A stretch of 64,000 nt of DNA from the human T2T-CHM13v2.0 reference genome, Homo sapiens. The notes under the pieces were generated by a model. That model did not search any database. It saw only the letters and a program-made list of their open reading frames with translations, and was not told the origin of the DNA. The position numbers and the translations under genes were made by a program. Position 1 is the first letter of the stretch. Each line of letters starts with the position of its first letter. The DNA is taken from assembly GCF_009914755.1 (NCBI RefSeq), contig NC_060932.1. One strand, written 5' to 3'. Shown here in pieces: positions 28,610-45,650 of the stretch.

Positions 28610-29650
28610 ACTTGTTAATTCAATGAATATTATTGAGCTTGTACTATGTACTCAAATTTACATGGAAGATGAAATTGAAACTCAAAAGAAAAACACCCTA
28701 ACTTGAAGTTTACAGCCCAGTGAAATGTTAGACATATACACATTTTAAATATAATATTCCAAATGCTATGTGTACTGGATGTATTTAAAAGAAATATGTT
28801 GACTATAAGGGAAATAGTTACTTCTGCCTGAAAAGGTCAGGTTAACTTACAAAGAGATGGACATATTTAAGATGAGATTTAAGAATACAAGTAAAATCTC
28901 AAGGGATAAAATTAGGAGAGGGGCAATATTCCTTATCATTAAACTGTGAACTCCTCCAAAGTCAGTGACTTCATAATTTTATCTCCAAGGTTTAGCATTG
29001 CAATAGTCACATAATAGACATCTCTTAATTGTTGCTGAAAAGTGCATGGAGGGTGATAGAAGAGTGGAGAGAATCAGGGAAAATGCATAGAAAACTGAGA
29101 AAGCACTGTGGAAAAACATCAGCTGCTATATGTATTGCTGCATGGTAAATGGGGAGTTCAGTGTAACTGATACAACATTGTTTTATTAGTAAAAATTTAT
29201 GACAAATGTTTATTCATGTCAGATCATGAAAGTCATACCATGGAGAGTCATACAGAGTAGGATGCTTAATGTAGCTTTTTTATCATGTAAGTAATAGGTA
29301 CCCATTGAAGAATTTTGAGAAGAGATGATATGATCTAAAGTGCTTGTTACAGTGGCAATAGGAGCAGCATTTTGGAGAGTAGATTACAACTGCAAATACA
29401 TTTAAAGGAAGGAAGAATATTTAGGAAATTTCGCAAAAGGACAGGGAAGAGGATATGACTGCCAACATTGTGGCAATGAAACTGACTCTATGCAGGAGGG
29501 AAGAGAGCCTAAAATGTCTACTAACTTAATTGATAGTAATACAGATACAGTGTGATGATTTATTAGCTGTAGTGGACCTAACTGATGGAGGCTTTAAGAT
29601 GACTTCCAGATTTCTGGCTTTTGTGATTAAGAACATCAATGGCACAGCTA
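28610..29650 (-). mobile_element. L2 remnants
   Basis: Antisense L2 tail (ttcaatgaatattattgagcttgtactatgt), then cattgaagaattttgagaagagatgatatgatc and aagatgacttccagatttctggc. Confidence 0.55.
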
Positions 29651-30110
29651 GTCTTCAGTACTGTCAGTGCAACAAGAGGTGTGTATGAATGAGAATTGGG
29701 ATTCTGCTTGGAGTTTAGAAAATAAATCAACAATTTAACTAAAAGATCACAGAAGATGGGTTTTACAAAATACCGATAGTTTTATAAGTCCAGGAATTGT
29801 TTCAAGAGTGAAATTTGTTGAGGATGGTAAGAATGAAAAAAGTCCTAATGAAGTCCTCTATTCTTGTTCAGCAGTACTCATTCTATTACTATAGGCCCTT
29901 GGAGTGCAGCAAGGGAGCACAAGTGTATGACACTTTTAAGTTCACCAATCTTCAAATCTTTTCAATATGTATTCACTCATAAGTGAATCTGCCTGAGAAA
30001 AGTCTCACCATCATGCAACATACAGCAACCTTTCTTTATGCTCAGAATTATACCACTTCAACCAAAATAAATAAATAAATGTATAACTTGTCACTTACTC
30101 CTATTCTTAT

Positions 30111-30628
30111 TGAGACGTGAAGCCAGCTGAGCTTTGGGTCTGGTGGGGACTTGGAGAACTTTTGTGTCTAGCTAAAGGATTGTAAACACACGAATCAGCA
30201 CTCTGTAAAATGGACCAATCAGCACTCTGTAAAATGGATCAATCAGCAGGATGTGGGTGGGGCCAAATAAGGGAATAAAAGCTGGCCACATCAGCTAGGG
30301 GCAGCAACCTGCTCTGGTTCCCTTCCAAACTGGGGTAGCTTTGTTCTTTCGCTCTTCACAATAAATCTTGCTGCTGCTCACTCTTTGGGTCTGCACTACC
30401 TTTATGAGTTGTCACACTCACCACGAGGGTCTGTGGCTTCATTCCTGAAGTCAGCAAGACCACGAACCCGCCGGAAGGAATAAACTCCAGACACATCTGA
30501 ACAACTGAAGGAACAAACTCCGGACACACCATCTTTAAGAGCTGTGACACTCACAGCAAGCGTCTGCGGCTTCATTCTTAAAGTCAGTGAGACCAAGAAC
30601 CCACTGGAAGGAATAAATTCTGGACACA
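30111..30628 (+). mobile_element. LTR12 family (LTR12F-like, ERV9) solo LTR
   Basis: tgagacgtgaagccagctg start, three tandem aatcagca enhancer units, AATAAA, U5 repeats, ggacaca end, 4 bp TSD TTAT. Confidence 0.92.
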
Positions 30629-31054
30629 TTATTATGGTGCTTTTACTATAGGAATTCATAAGTAAACAAAACAGAAAAAAGTATCTGGCCTCATGGAGTT
30701 TGGATTTCAGCAACTAAGTGAATGAATAACAGTGTCGGGGTTGAGAATGTAAAGGATAATAACTAGGTAATTAATTGTTGTGAAATACTGTCTTACTCTT
30801 GCAGGAAGTAATAACATCTAGGGATATGTAAAATAATTTGAGTATTAGACCTGTCCATTTAAATAGTGTTCAGTTTTAGAATTTTATTTTTATATTCAAT
30901 ATTTATCAAAAATGTAATATATCTGTTGTATGCTTATTATTATTATTGTAATGATACCTGATTTCAGAAGATGCTTTTAAAATGCTTAAACAATTATTGT
31001 CATGAGAAATAAACATATTTTCTATTTAAATTTACATACATACAAAAAGAGACA

Positions 31055-31140
31055 CATGATATATAGATATAGATATGGGGATACATAGGGATAGAAATAG
31101 GGATAGGAATAAGGATAGAGATAGAGATAGCTATAGACAA
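31055..31140. repeat. (GATAGA/GGATAG)n degenerate simple repeat
   Basis: Directly visible. Confidence 0.8.
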
Positions 31141-31453
31141 ATGTTGTTGAAAACTGTGATAAAATGAACCAAAAAGCTTTGAAATATAACATCATGTTGT
31201 ATTAGGATACATTTATTTGTAGAAAATGTAAAGAGATACAAAGTTTAAGATAAAAACGATATGATGTCAAATATTCCATTGTAAAAGAAGAACTTGTAAG
31301 TATTGGGGGGTTATCAACTAGGCATTGAGTGTTTTCTTTCCAAAACTACAAAGAACCATATTGTGAATTATGTTGTCTAATAGCCTTTGAGGATCCTTAA
31401 GGGCAGTGTTCTTGCTTTATTCACTTTAAATCCCTATCACAATATTTACTAAG

Positions 31454-32040
31454 TGCATTAGCTATTTATTACTGTGTAACAAATTACCCAAAACACTTAG
31501 TGGCTTAAATTAACAACAGTTATAATTTCACAGATGCTGTGGGTCAGGAAACTAAGTACATCTTCATTGATTCTTCTGACCTTAGGTTGGCTACAGGCTG
31601 TAGTCAACTCAAGACAACTGGGAAGGATCCTCTTCCTTGCTGACTCTTGTGTTTGTTGGCTGGACTCAGTTTCTTGTGGGATGCATTTGTTGGACTGAGG
31701 CCTCAGTTGTTCACAAACTTTAGTCTGGAGCCCTCCATCCATTCCTAGCCATTTGGGCCTCTCCATGGACTATCTTGAAACATGGACTCTGTTTCATCAG
31801 ATTGAGCAAGCAAGAAGGCGTGAGACAACAACAGAAAGAGAGAAATCTAGCAAGACAGAAGTCTTGTAGACCGTCTGTAAACAGTGTTTTGTAAGCCTAT
31901 AATGAAATATCTTGTTTTTATTGAATTCTATTAGTCAGAAGCAATTCACCAGGTCTAGCCCACACTCAAGGGAAACGAATAACGTCATAAATACTGAGAG
32001 GTAGGGTTACTGGGAGCCATGTCAGAAGCTGCCTCTCACA
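31454..32040 (-). mobile_element. MLT1F/G-like MaLR LTR
   Basis: tgcattagctatttattactgtgtaacaaattacccaaaac...ggtcaggaa...tctagcccacactcaaggg...gaagctgcctctcaca. Confidence 0.8.
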
Positions 32041-32464
32041 CTAAGTAAGCATGTATTTAATTAATAGGTGTTTCAATAAAATTAATTCAATAAATATTGG
32101 GAACCCATCAAGCACCATGATGGAAAGAAACAGAAATTAAACACAGCTTTATTCAAAAATAAAATGTAAATTATTTATTTATTGTATAAAATTGATACAG
32201 TGCCTCATTTTGCCCTCCACGTATAACTATTAACTAATTGAAAAAAAAGTAATTAGTTTAGAGACATCATATTATATGACTAAAATTGACTTTGAAAAGA
32301 GGTTGGAGAATTTTCACAGTGCCAGTCTTTGGGAGAAATTTTCAAAACCAAAAGAGAAAACCATAGCAGTATCAAACATTTGAAAAGCCTTCATGGGAGA
32401 ATTGTCTAAAAACTCTTAGGTACTTAACTAATTTTATTTAAGTGTTTTACACTGTAAACTTCAG

Positions 32465-32965
32465 ATTAATGGTTCTAAACATGTGGTCCAGGCATACATT
32501 GGGGATCACCAAACTATCTCAGGGTTATGTGTCTGGTTGAAATTATTTTGATCATAATATGAAGGTATAATTTGCCTTTTCACTCATTGTCTTGAGTATA
32601 CAGTAAAGATTTTCTGAGGCTACATTCATGTGATCCTGCAATAGATAGAATGAGAAGTTAATATGAAAAATTGGTTGAACTGTATCAAGTTAAACATTAA
32701 GGGGAACAGACTAAATGTTTTGGAAAATAAAGTTATCTTTTGCAAAATATCATCTACATTAGCATTATATAACGTAATATACTTAATTTGTTATTTTTAA
32801 GTAAAATAATGAGCATATATTGTTTAAACTTCTTAGTTTGAATTTTAATATTTTAACTGTTGACACATATAACCAATATAGACTAAAGCTCTTTAATATA
32901 TAAGGTATATAAAGCTCTTTAATAGTGTACAGAAATCCTAAAACCAAAAGCTTTAGAATCACTGA
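32465..32965. mobile_element. hAT-Charlie-type non-autonomous DNA transposon remnant
   Basis: Ends tggttctaaac and tttagaatcactg resemble Charlie terminal inverted repeats. Subfamily not determined. Confidence 0.55.
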
Positions 32966-33959
32966 ATTAGATAATGCCTAAACTACCCACAGCTTTTTCA
33001 ACAACTTAGATGGAAAATACATTTTAAGAAACAGAAATTTATATCATTATACCTGTTGTCTCATAATATTATTTGTTTTCATTAAATTCAAATTTCAGAT
33101 GTTGTCACTTCAATAAACAATGGCATGGGTGGAACGATCATTTTAAATAAGAAAATAATTTTGAATGTAAATGTGAAGTCAATGACCTTCTTTAGTCACA
33201 CAAAAATATTTATTACACTCATGTAACTGGAAATTATTTTAAAAAATATTTTCCCTCCTGAGTAGAGTAAGATTATAAAGGCAAGATTATAATTATATCA
33301 GCAAAATCAGTGTGAGGGCAAGACATAATGACTTTTAATGGATTTTAGGTATATATTTTTAATAAGGCTTGTACTGTATCTTGTGAATAATTTAATGACT
33401 GTAAGCGAAGTGGGAGCCCAACTGTAATCTACTTATCCAGAAATACACCACTTCTTCATCATCAAATAAACCTCAGGTAACTCTAGGTTACCTGAGGTTG
33501 GGGGGGATTCTTTTCCTTTAATAATTGGTTTTAATGATATGCTATGATAGGGCATTACTATCAATTGGTGTTTTAAAACTAGGTATAGAGAGAGTCATTA
33601 TACTTAGGCAGAACGGTAGTGCTTAATTGATGAACTATAACGGAAAAGCCCCATGACAGATAAAAAGCCCAACTTTTATTTCATTTTATTAAGAGCCACT
33701 GAATTTCAAAAGGGAAAAGGGCCAGCAACAGATTACTCATTACAGCTCAAATAAATTTAACTGTTAATTTTATATTTCTCTAATCACAGATTCTTTCAAG
33801 ATTGTTCTCATTTGCTATATTCCAGGACAAGCGTATATAATTTCATTATACATCATAAATATGAGATTTTTTTTGGAAAAATCTAATTTTATAGTACATG
33901 GACCTATAAAATAATAATATCCATCTCCCTCAAGCACTTAGTCCATAAAGCAAAAATTG

Positions 33960-35600
33960 AGGAAGGTAAAACACATACGGATTTGGCTTTCTATTCTGAT
34001 TAGAAGGTAGAAATTTGCAAGAGAGCATTATTCCTACAATAACAATGAAGAAAACTAATAAAATAAATCAGTGATCTGTGGATGCAAAGAAACTTAAATG
34101 AAATAAATTTTAGTCATGAAGTCGACAGTTGCTAACAATTTTGAGTATGGCACAAGGAGAAGCCAACACTATATAAACTGGGTAAGGATTAACCAGTGTA
34201 ATTTTTAATAAACTTTTAAGGGCCATGTCTTTAAAATAAGCCTAACCAATTACAATTTTGAGGAATGTGAATCACAGTAATTCACTGCCAACTCTGTCCT
34301 TAGGGGGTTTTGCCAAGTGCAGAGCATTAGTACATCATAAGTGGAAGCAAGGGTATTGCACTGGGAAATAACACCTAGGAACATATCTTTATGAACTGAA
34401 AGTCAGCAGCTGGCAGTTTAGGGAAGGGTAGAAATGCTGAGGGAAACAACCTGAGGCATATCTAGTTATACCTTGCAAGAACAAAATAGTGACTCATTTA
34501 AGTAGAAACAGGTGAAAAGAACTAAGGGAAACTCCTCAAGGTACGCAGGGGGTCCTTTCTGAATGGACAGCAACAGCTCACTCAGGAGGTGTGTATTTCT
34601 GGATAAATAGATTATAGTTGGGCTCCCACTTCACTTACAGTCTTTATTCACAAGATACAGTACAAGCCTTATTAAAAATATATACCTAAAATCCATTAAA
34701 AGTCATTATGTCTTGCCCTCACACTGATTTTGCTGATAGAATTATAATCTTGCCTTTATAATCTTACTCTACTCAGGAGGGTAGTACTGGAAAATTGAGA
34801 GTAATACCTGAAAATTCAGGGGAACTTTCTGAGAGTGCATGATAGTAGTCTGCAAGTTACTGGGGACAGAAAAAGACAGCCCAGAGAGTTCCCCCAGAGG
34901 AACAGAAAGACTTTGCTGAGTTCACAGCAAGAGCCCCAGAAAGGTAGTATAAATATCATGATAACTGAGAGAAATCCCCCTAAGCACACAAAAGCTTCAC
35001 CAAGTGAAATCAGTACCCAATAAAGGCCACAGAAGGGTAACAAGATTAAGAGAGACTTCCTGAGGTACATAAAGCTAGAAGTGGGCTAGAGGTTCAAGAA
35101 CACACCTGATCATCCCCAAAAGATGGTAGCTGGGTTATAAAGCGGAGAGAGGGTCTTGGGAGTATCACCAGTACTCAGACCCCAACTCTTGCCTTAAAAA
35201 CAGTCTTATTCTGTTAAAAAAAATTTGAAGCCAGTGATTAAGTGAATAAAAATAGGAAAAAAAAACACAGAACTACCTCTAGTATAGGTTAAATTACTCT
35301 ACCTCAACAGCAAAGAAAAAAGGATGGTGAACTTGAAAACAGGTCACTAAAAATTAACCAAGTTGCGGCACAAAAATAATAATAAAATAAAGAGAGGGTC
35401 TGAGATGTATGGGATAATATAAAATGTTTAATACATATGTAATTAGGTTCACAGACAGTAAATGGTAATGGGCTTGAAGAAATATTTGTAGAGAAAATGG
35501 CCAAAATTTTTATAGACTTAAATGTCCAAATATTTCAATATAAAATATATATTGTCTAAGTTTGCACACACATATATAATTACCAAATTTAAAATGAACC
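33960..35600 (+). mobile_element. Old L1M 5' region and ORF1 remnant
   Basis: Repetitive 5'UTR-like units. ORF1-like ggtgaacttgaaaacaggtca...ctgagatgtatgggataatat...gaagaaatatttg at 35320-35520. Confidence 0.55.
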
Positions 35601-35626
35601 CAAACCAACTAGAATGACAAACCATC

Positions 35627-36184
35627 TATATTAGTCAGAGTTATCTAGAGGGACAGAACTAACAGGATATATGTATATATGAGAGGGAGTTTATTAAGGA
35701 GAATTGACTCACACAATAACAAGGTAATGTCCTATAATAGGCCATCTGAAAGTTGAAGAGCAAGGAAGCCAGTAGTGGATCATTCTAAGTCCCAAAGCCT
35801 CAAAAGTAGGGAAGCCGGCAGTGCAGCTTTCAATCTGTGGCCAATGGTCTGAGTCCCTGGCAAACCACAAGTGTAAGTCCAAGAGTTCAAAAGCTGAAGA
35901 ACTTGGAATCTGATGTTCCAGGGCAGGAAGCATCCAGCACGGGAGAAAGGTGGAGGCCAGAGGACTCAGAAATTCTGCTCGTTCCACCTTCTTCTCCCTG
36001 CTTTTTTTCTAGCTGTGCTGGAAGCCAAGGTGATTGTGCCAACCCAGGTTAAGGGTGGGTCTGCCTCTCCTAGTCCACAGACTCAAATGTTCACCTCCTC
36101 TGAAACACCCTCACAGACACACCCAGAATCAATACCTTGCATCCTTCAATCCAATCAAGTTGACACTCAATATTAACCATCACA
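35627..36184 (-). mobile_element. MLT2A/B-like (ERVL) solo LTR
   Basis: tattagtcagagttatctagagggacagaactaa...gaatctgatgttccagggcaggaagcatccagcacgggagaaag...ttgacactcaatattaaccatcaca. Confidence 0.9.
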
Positions 36185-36207
36185 CATTCTAAAGAAAATC
36201 TAAGACT

Positions 36208-36705
36208 TGTGATTATTACTTTTATGTGACAACTTGCCTTTGTTAAGGGATACCCAAGTAGCTAGTAAAAATATTATTTCTGGGTATGTCTGTGAGAGTG
36301 TTTCTGGAAGAGATTAGCCTTAGAATTAGTGGACTGAGAAAATAAAATTGTCCCTCAACAATACGGGCAGACATCATGCAAATCCTTGAGGGCTTGGATA
36401 GGACAAAAAAGCTGAGAAAGTTGAATTATCTTTATCTTCTGGAGCCAGATTATTCATCTTCTGCCCTCAGACATGAAAGCTTCTAATGTTTGCAGTCTCA
36501 AACTGGCAGTTATACCATAGGTTCCCCTGGTTTTCAGGCCTTCCAATGAAAACTGAGTTGCACTACTGACTTTCCTGGTTCTTCGGCTTGCAAACAGCAT
36601 GTCTTGGATTCCACAGTCATGTGAGCCAATTCCGATAGTAAATCTTCTCATATATCTTTATATATCCTATTTGTTTCGTCTCTCTGGAGAACCCCTGCTA
36701 ATACA
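36208..36705 (+). mobile_element. MLT2C/D-like (ERVL) solo LTR
   Basis: tgtgatt...ttttatgtgacaacttg...tttctggaagagattagc...tctctggagaacccctgctaataca. Confidence 0.85.
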
Positions 36706-36709
36706 GGAG

Positions 36710-38110
36710 TAGAGCTTTTTGATCTTGGAATAAGCAAATATATGTTTTGTACAAGTAACAAAATGATAACACATAAGAGGAAAATGATATATTTTACTTA
36801 AGAAAAATAATTTCTGATTACCAGAGGATGTTTAAAATAGAACAGGTAAATCCAACCATAAGATAAAATATCCTCAATACATTTATGTCACAAAGGATTC
36901 CTATCCATAACATGTAAAGATTTCTGCCAATGATATACACACTATATCTATATAAACACACACACATACAATCTACCTATACCTATATCTATTTATCTAT
37001 ATATCTATATATATGTATGTGTATATATAATATATAAATATACAATTGGTCAGAAAGATATACTAATGGTTAATACACCCATCAAAATGTGTTTAACACA
37101 ATTACATGATAAAGGTTTAAATTCCAACACATTTTGATGCCAATTCACATATACTCAAAGAGGAAAAAGAAAAACATTCACAATACTGAATATTGCCAAC
37201 TTTATAAAACAACTGAAAATGTCATGCATTTCTGATGGGAAGATAAAATGACATAAACATTTTTGAAAGTTGCTTGACAGTTTTCTATTAAGTTAAAAAT
37301 ATATCTACCGTATTACCCAGCAAACAGTCTTGTATATTTACATAACTAAAATAAAAATATATGTTCACAAAAATCTTACACAGGAAGATCCCTAACAGCT
37401 TTATTTATAGTAGCCCAAAACTAGAAACAACTAAATGTCAACAAACATTTACTGGACAAACAATCTGTTGGACAAATAAACTGTTATATATTTTTTCAAT
37501 GTAATACTATACAACAACAAAACGTACATACTATGGATACCTGCAACAACATGGGTGAATCATAAAAAGGAAATTATGCAGGCTGGGTGGGGTGGCTCAC
37601 ACTTGTAATCCTAACACTGAGAAGCTAAGGAGGGGAGATCGCTTTAGACCAAGAGTTTGAGACCAGCCTGGGCAACATAGCAAAACCCTGCCCCTACTAA
37701 AACACAAAAAATTAGCCAAGCATGGTGGCACGTGCCTCTAGTGCCAGCTACTCAGGAAGGTGAGCTGAGAGAATTACCTGAGCTTGGGAAGTCGAGGCTG
37801 CAGTGAGCCAAGATCGTGCCATTGCACTCCAGCCTGAGCAACTGGGAGTGAGGCCCTGTCAAAAGAAAAAAGAAAAAAATTATGCTGAGTAAAAGGAGCT
37901 AGACACAATCACACAAACAAACCTATATTGAATGATGTTGTTTACATTAATTCAAGAATAGAAATAAAAGAGATAGGAGTAAAGATTCTAGCATAAAGAC
38001 CATCATCTTTCAATTTGGATGGTGGTTACATGAGTGTAATTCAATTGTTAAAACTCACTGATCTGTTCAAGACTTGTGCATTTTATTTTATTTATACTTC
38101 AATAAAATTT
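36710..38110 (+). mobile_element. L1MC/L1ME-type 3' remnant, interrupted by an Alu
   Basis: cagctttatttatagtagcccaaaactagaaacaac, gcaacaacatgggtgaatc, and ggtggttacatgagtg...tgtgcattttatt...tatacttcaataaaa. Confidence 0.75.
37581..37879 (+). mobile_element. AluJ
   Basis: Dimeric Alu with A tail. TSD-like aaattatgc on both sides. Confidence 0.95.
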
Positions 38111-38421
38111 TATATTATTCCTGTGACACTTTTATTTCTGATTTTAAATTGTTGAATAATTTCTATGAAAAGAAGGATAAAAGGAATCTCAATAATTACT
38201 CCAGACCACATCAATCCAGTTTGGACAGGATTAAACAGTACCCTTTTAATCACTTGTGTAATGGCCTGGAAATTTTCTTGGTAATAACATCGTAACAATT
38301 ATATTTCATTTAACTGAATACTTAGTTGAATGAAAGTAAGTATCCTTGAAGTTGATATGGTAAGTATCCCTGAACACTTACTATATAACAAATACTGTGC
38401 TGTTTGTCAGGGATATAGCAT

Positions 38422-38741
38422 TGTCTTTGTCCATTTGGGCTGCTATAACAAAATACCTGAGCCTGGGTAGTCTATCAAAAACAGAACTTTATTTCTTGCA
38501 GGCACTGATGGGTTTAGTGAGGGCCCAGTCTCTGCTTCCAAGGTGGTGCCTTGTTGTTGTGTCCTCCTCGAGGGCAACCACTGTGTCTTCAGATACTGGA
38601 AGAGATGAAAAGGCACAAAGGGAATAACTTGTTCCCTCCAGCCCTTTAATAAGGTCTCTAATTCAATTCATGAAGGCATATGCACACTGGAGTTTAATTT
38701 CCAAAGCATGAACTTTTGTGGGACAGCTTCAGACTGTAGCA
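38422..38741 (-). mobile_element. MLT1A/MST-like MaLR solo LTR
   Basis: tgtctttgtccatttgggctgctataacaaaatacc...ttcagactgtagca. Confidence 0.8.
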
Positions 38742-39263
38742 AGCAGTGATGATGAAATAATGTCCATCACTTTGGAGTTACAGTGATGGAGGAACTCAGA
38801 CTTGACATATTTAAGGACAATAAAATACATAGTCTAAAAAAAGCAATAATTGGTAAAATTTAGACAATATATACCTATGTTTTAAAATATATCTAAAACT
38901 ATGCTGTTAAAAATATCTTTTCAGCTCTAATGCTATTTTCCAAGGCATTTAAAATATACATGTAGTTTTAAAAATCTCTCTTCAAAAATTATTTGATTGA
39001 CATTCACATGACATTTAAAAAATCAGTCTGGTACGGAAAACCTTAGCAAATAATGGAAAATTTGAGAGCAAAAACATCATAAACATATAGCTAAAAACCT
39101 TAATTTGATACTGGATCAATTAATCAATATAATAACTAATAAAACATAAAGGTTTATAAAAATTAATAATATTTTAAAATCAAAATATGCTAAGGGATGG
39201 AACCAGGTTATTTCTGTCTTAATCCTATTAACTGATATTCTCTAATCACTCCTTATAATAAGA

Positions 39264-43468
<4,205 letters not shown>

Positions 43469-43784
43469 TAGTATTTGGAAATTAGGCTTACATATAACAT
43501 ATTTCATTATAAACCCACAAAACCATACCAGTAAAATTAAATATATTGAATTTACCAAAGTAATTCACTTTCTCTCCAATTTTTGTCCAAATTTTTGGTC
43601 AAATTCTTAAACAATTAGAAAAACATAAAATGTTGACATAGTTTTAGTTTCTTATAGCAATACCCAGTTTCCATTTATCATTCTAATCAAGGAGGGGAAG
43701 AGATATGCTGGGGCAAACTGTTGAAATCCTGACTAGCATTCTGCTTTCAATATGCAGTAATTGTTTGTCTATTTTTGGAGGGCT

Positions 43785-44252
43785 GTATTAGTTTCCTGAA
43801 GCTACTCTAACAAATTACCTCGAAATAATAGAAATGTATTCTCTCACAATTCTGAAAGCCACAAGTCTAACTTCAGTATCACTGGGCTGCAACCATGGTT
43901 CCACAGGGTCATGCTCAATCTGCAGGTTTTAGGAGACAGTCTGTTTCTTTCCTCTTTCAGCTTCTGGCGGCTACCAGCATTACTTGGCTGTGTCTCCAAC
44001 TCTCCAATCTCTGCCTGGGGGGTCACATTACCTTTCCCTCTTCTCAGTGTGTAATCTCCCTCTGCTTCTCTTATAAGTACATTTAGGATGTTATTTAGGG
44101 TCCACCTGGCTTATCTGGGATGACCCTCTCATATCAAAATCCTTAATTTAATCATATCTGCAAAATACCTTTTCCTAAATATAGTAACATTTATACGTTT
44201 CAGGGTTTAGAACATAGATATCTTTTGTGGGAACATTTTTAAGTCTACCACA
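43785..44252 (-). mobile_element. MLT1C/D-like MaLR solo LTR
   Basis: tgtattagtttcctg...aacaaattacc...tttaatcatatctgcaaa...gtctaccaca. Flanks agggc/aggcc. Confidence 0.85.
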
Positions 44253-44372
44253 AGGCCTTTTCCCCCATGAGCTTCAACGTATTTTCCATTTTCTTATATT
44301 TCACTCGTGTTTCCTTATACTGTCATAAAAGCTTTTGATGGACTGTTTAATGGAAAATTCTAAGATGGCAAG

Positions 44373-44740
44373 TGATATGGTTTGGCTGTGTCCCCACTGA
44401 AATCTTATCTTGAATTGTAGTTCCCATAATCCCCATGTGTCCTGGGAGGGACATGGTAGGAGATGATTGAATCATGGGGGTGGTCTCCTGCATGCTATTT
44501 TCATGATAGTGAGTAGGTCCTCATGAGATCTGATAGTTTTATAAGGGGCTTCCCTCTTCAATCATTCCTCTTCCCACCACCATGTGAAGAAGAACATGTT
44601 TGCTTCCCCTTCCACCATGATTGCAAGCTCCCTGAGGCTTCCCCAGCCCTGCGGAACTGTGAGTCAATTAAATCTCTTTCCTTTATCATTTACTCAGTCT
44701 TGGACAGTTCTTTATAGCAGTTTGAGAATGAACTAATACA
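44373..44740 (+). mobile_element. THE1 (THE1C-like) solo LTR
   Basis: tgatatggtttggctgtgtcccc...gaactgtgagtcaattaaa...gaactaataca. Flanks gcaag/ccaag. Confidence 0.93.
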
Positions 44741-45052
44741 CCAAGTTTCTCTCAAAATTTGGAGTTCTACTGATTTACTTGTAGCATAAAACTGGTATTT
44801 TAAACATAAGGTACTTAATTAAAATGGCAAGCTCTATACTGAAAATAAATGTTAATTTAATATTCAATCTTTCAATATACCATTGTTGTCTACCAACATG
44901 GGCTACATTCTGCAATATAGATAAGTATAAAAAATAAGTTAGACAAGGCTTATCTTGGGTAATGCCTTGATACTAAGAAAAGGCCAAGGATCTAGGAAAT
45001 GAACTGTATCTTTGATTATGACTTGGTAATATTACATATTTCTATAACTTCC

Positions 45053-45343
45053 TTTTTTTGAGTGTGGAGCCAGTGTCTTACTCTGCTGCCCAGGCTGGAG
45101 TGCAATGGTGCAATCATAGCTCACTGTAGCTTCAACCTACTGGGCTCAATTGATTTTTCTGCCTCAGTCCCCAAAGTAGTGGGACTACAGGTATGTGCCA
45201 CCATGCTGAGCTATTTTTAAATTATTTTGTAGAGACAAGGACTTGCTATGTTGCCAAAGCTGGTCTCAAACTCCTGACCTCAAGTGATCCTCTCACCTCA
45301 CCCTCCTGTGCTGGAAATATAGGTGTGAGCTACAGTGTCTGGT
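45053..45343 (-). mobile_element. AluJ
   Basis: atcatagctcactgtagcttcaacc...tgggctcaa is AluJ-type. TSD tataacttcctttt. Confidence 0.93.
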
Positions 45344-45348
45344 TATAA

Positions 45349-45650
<302 letters not shown>

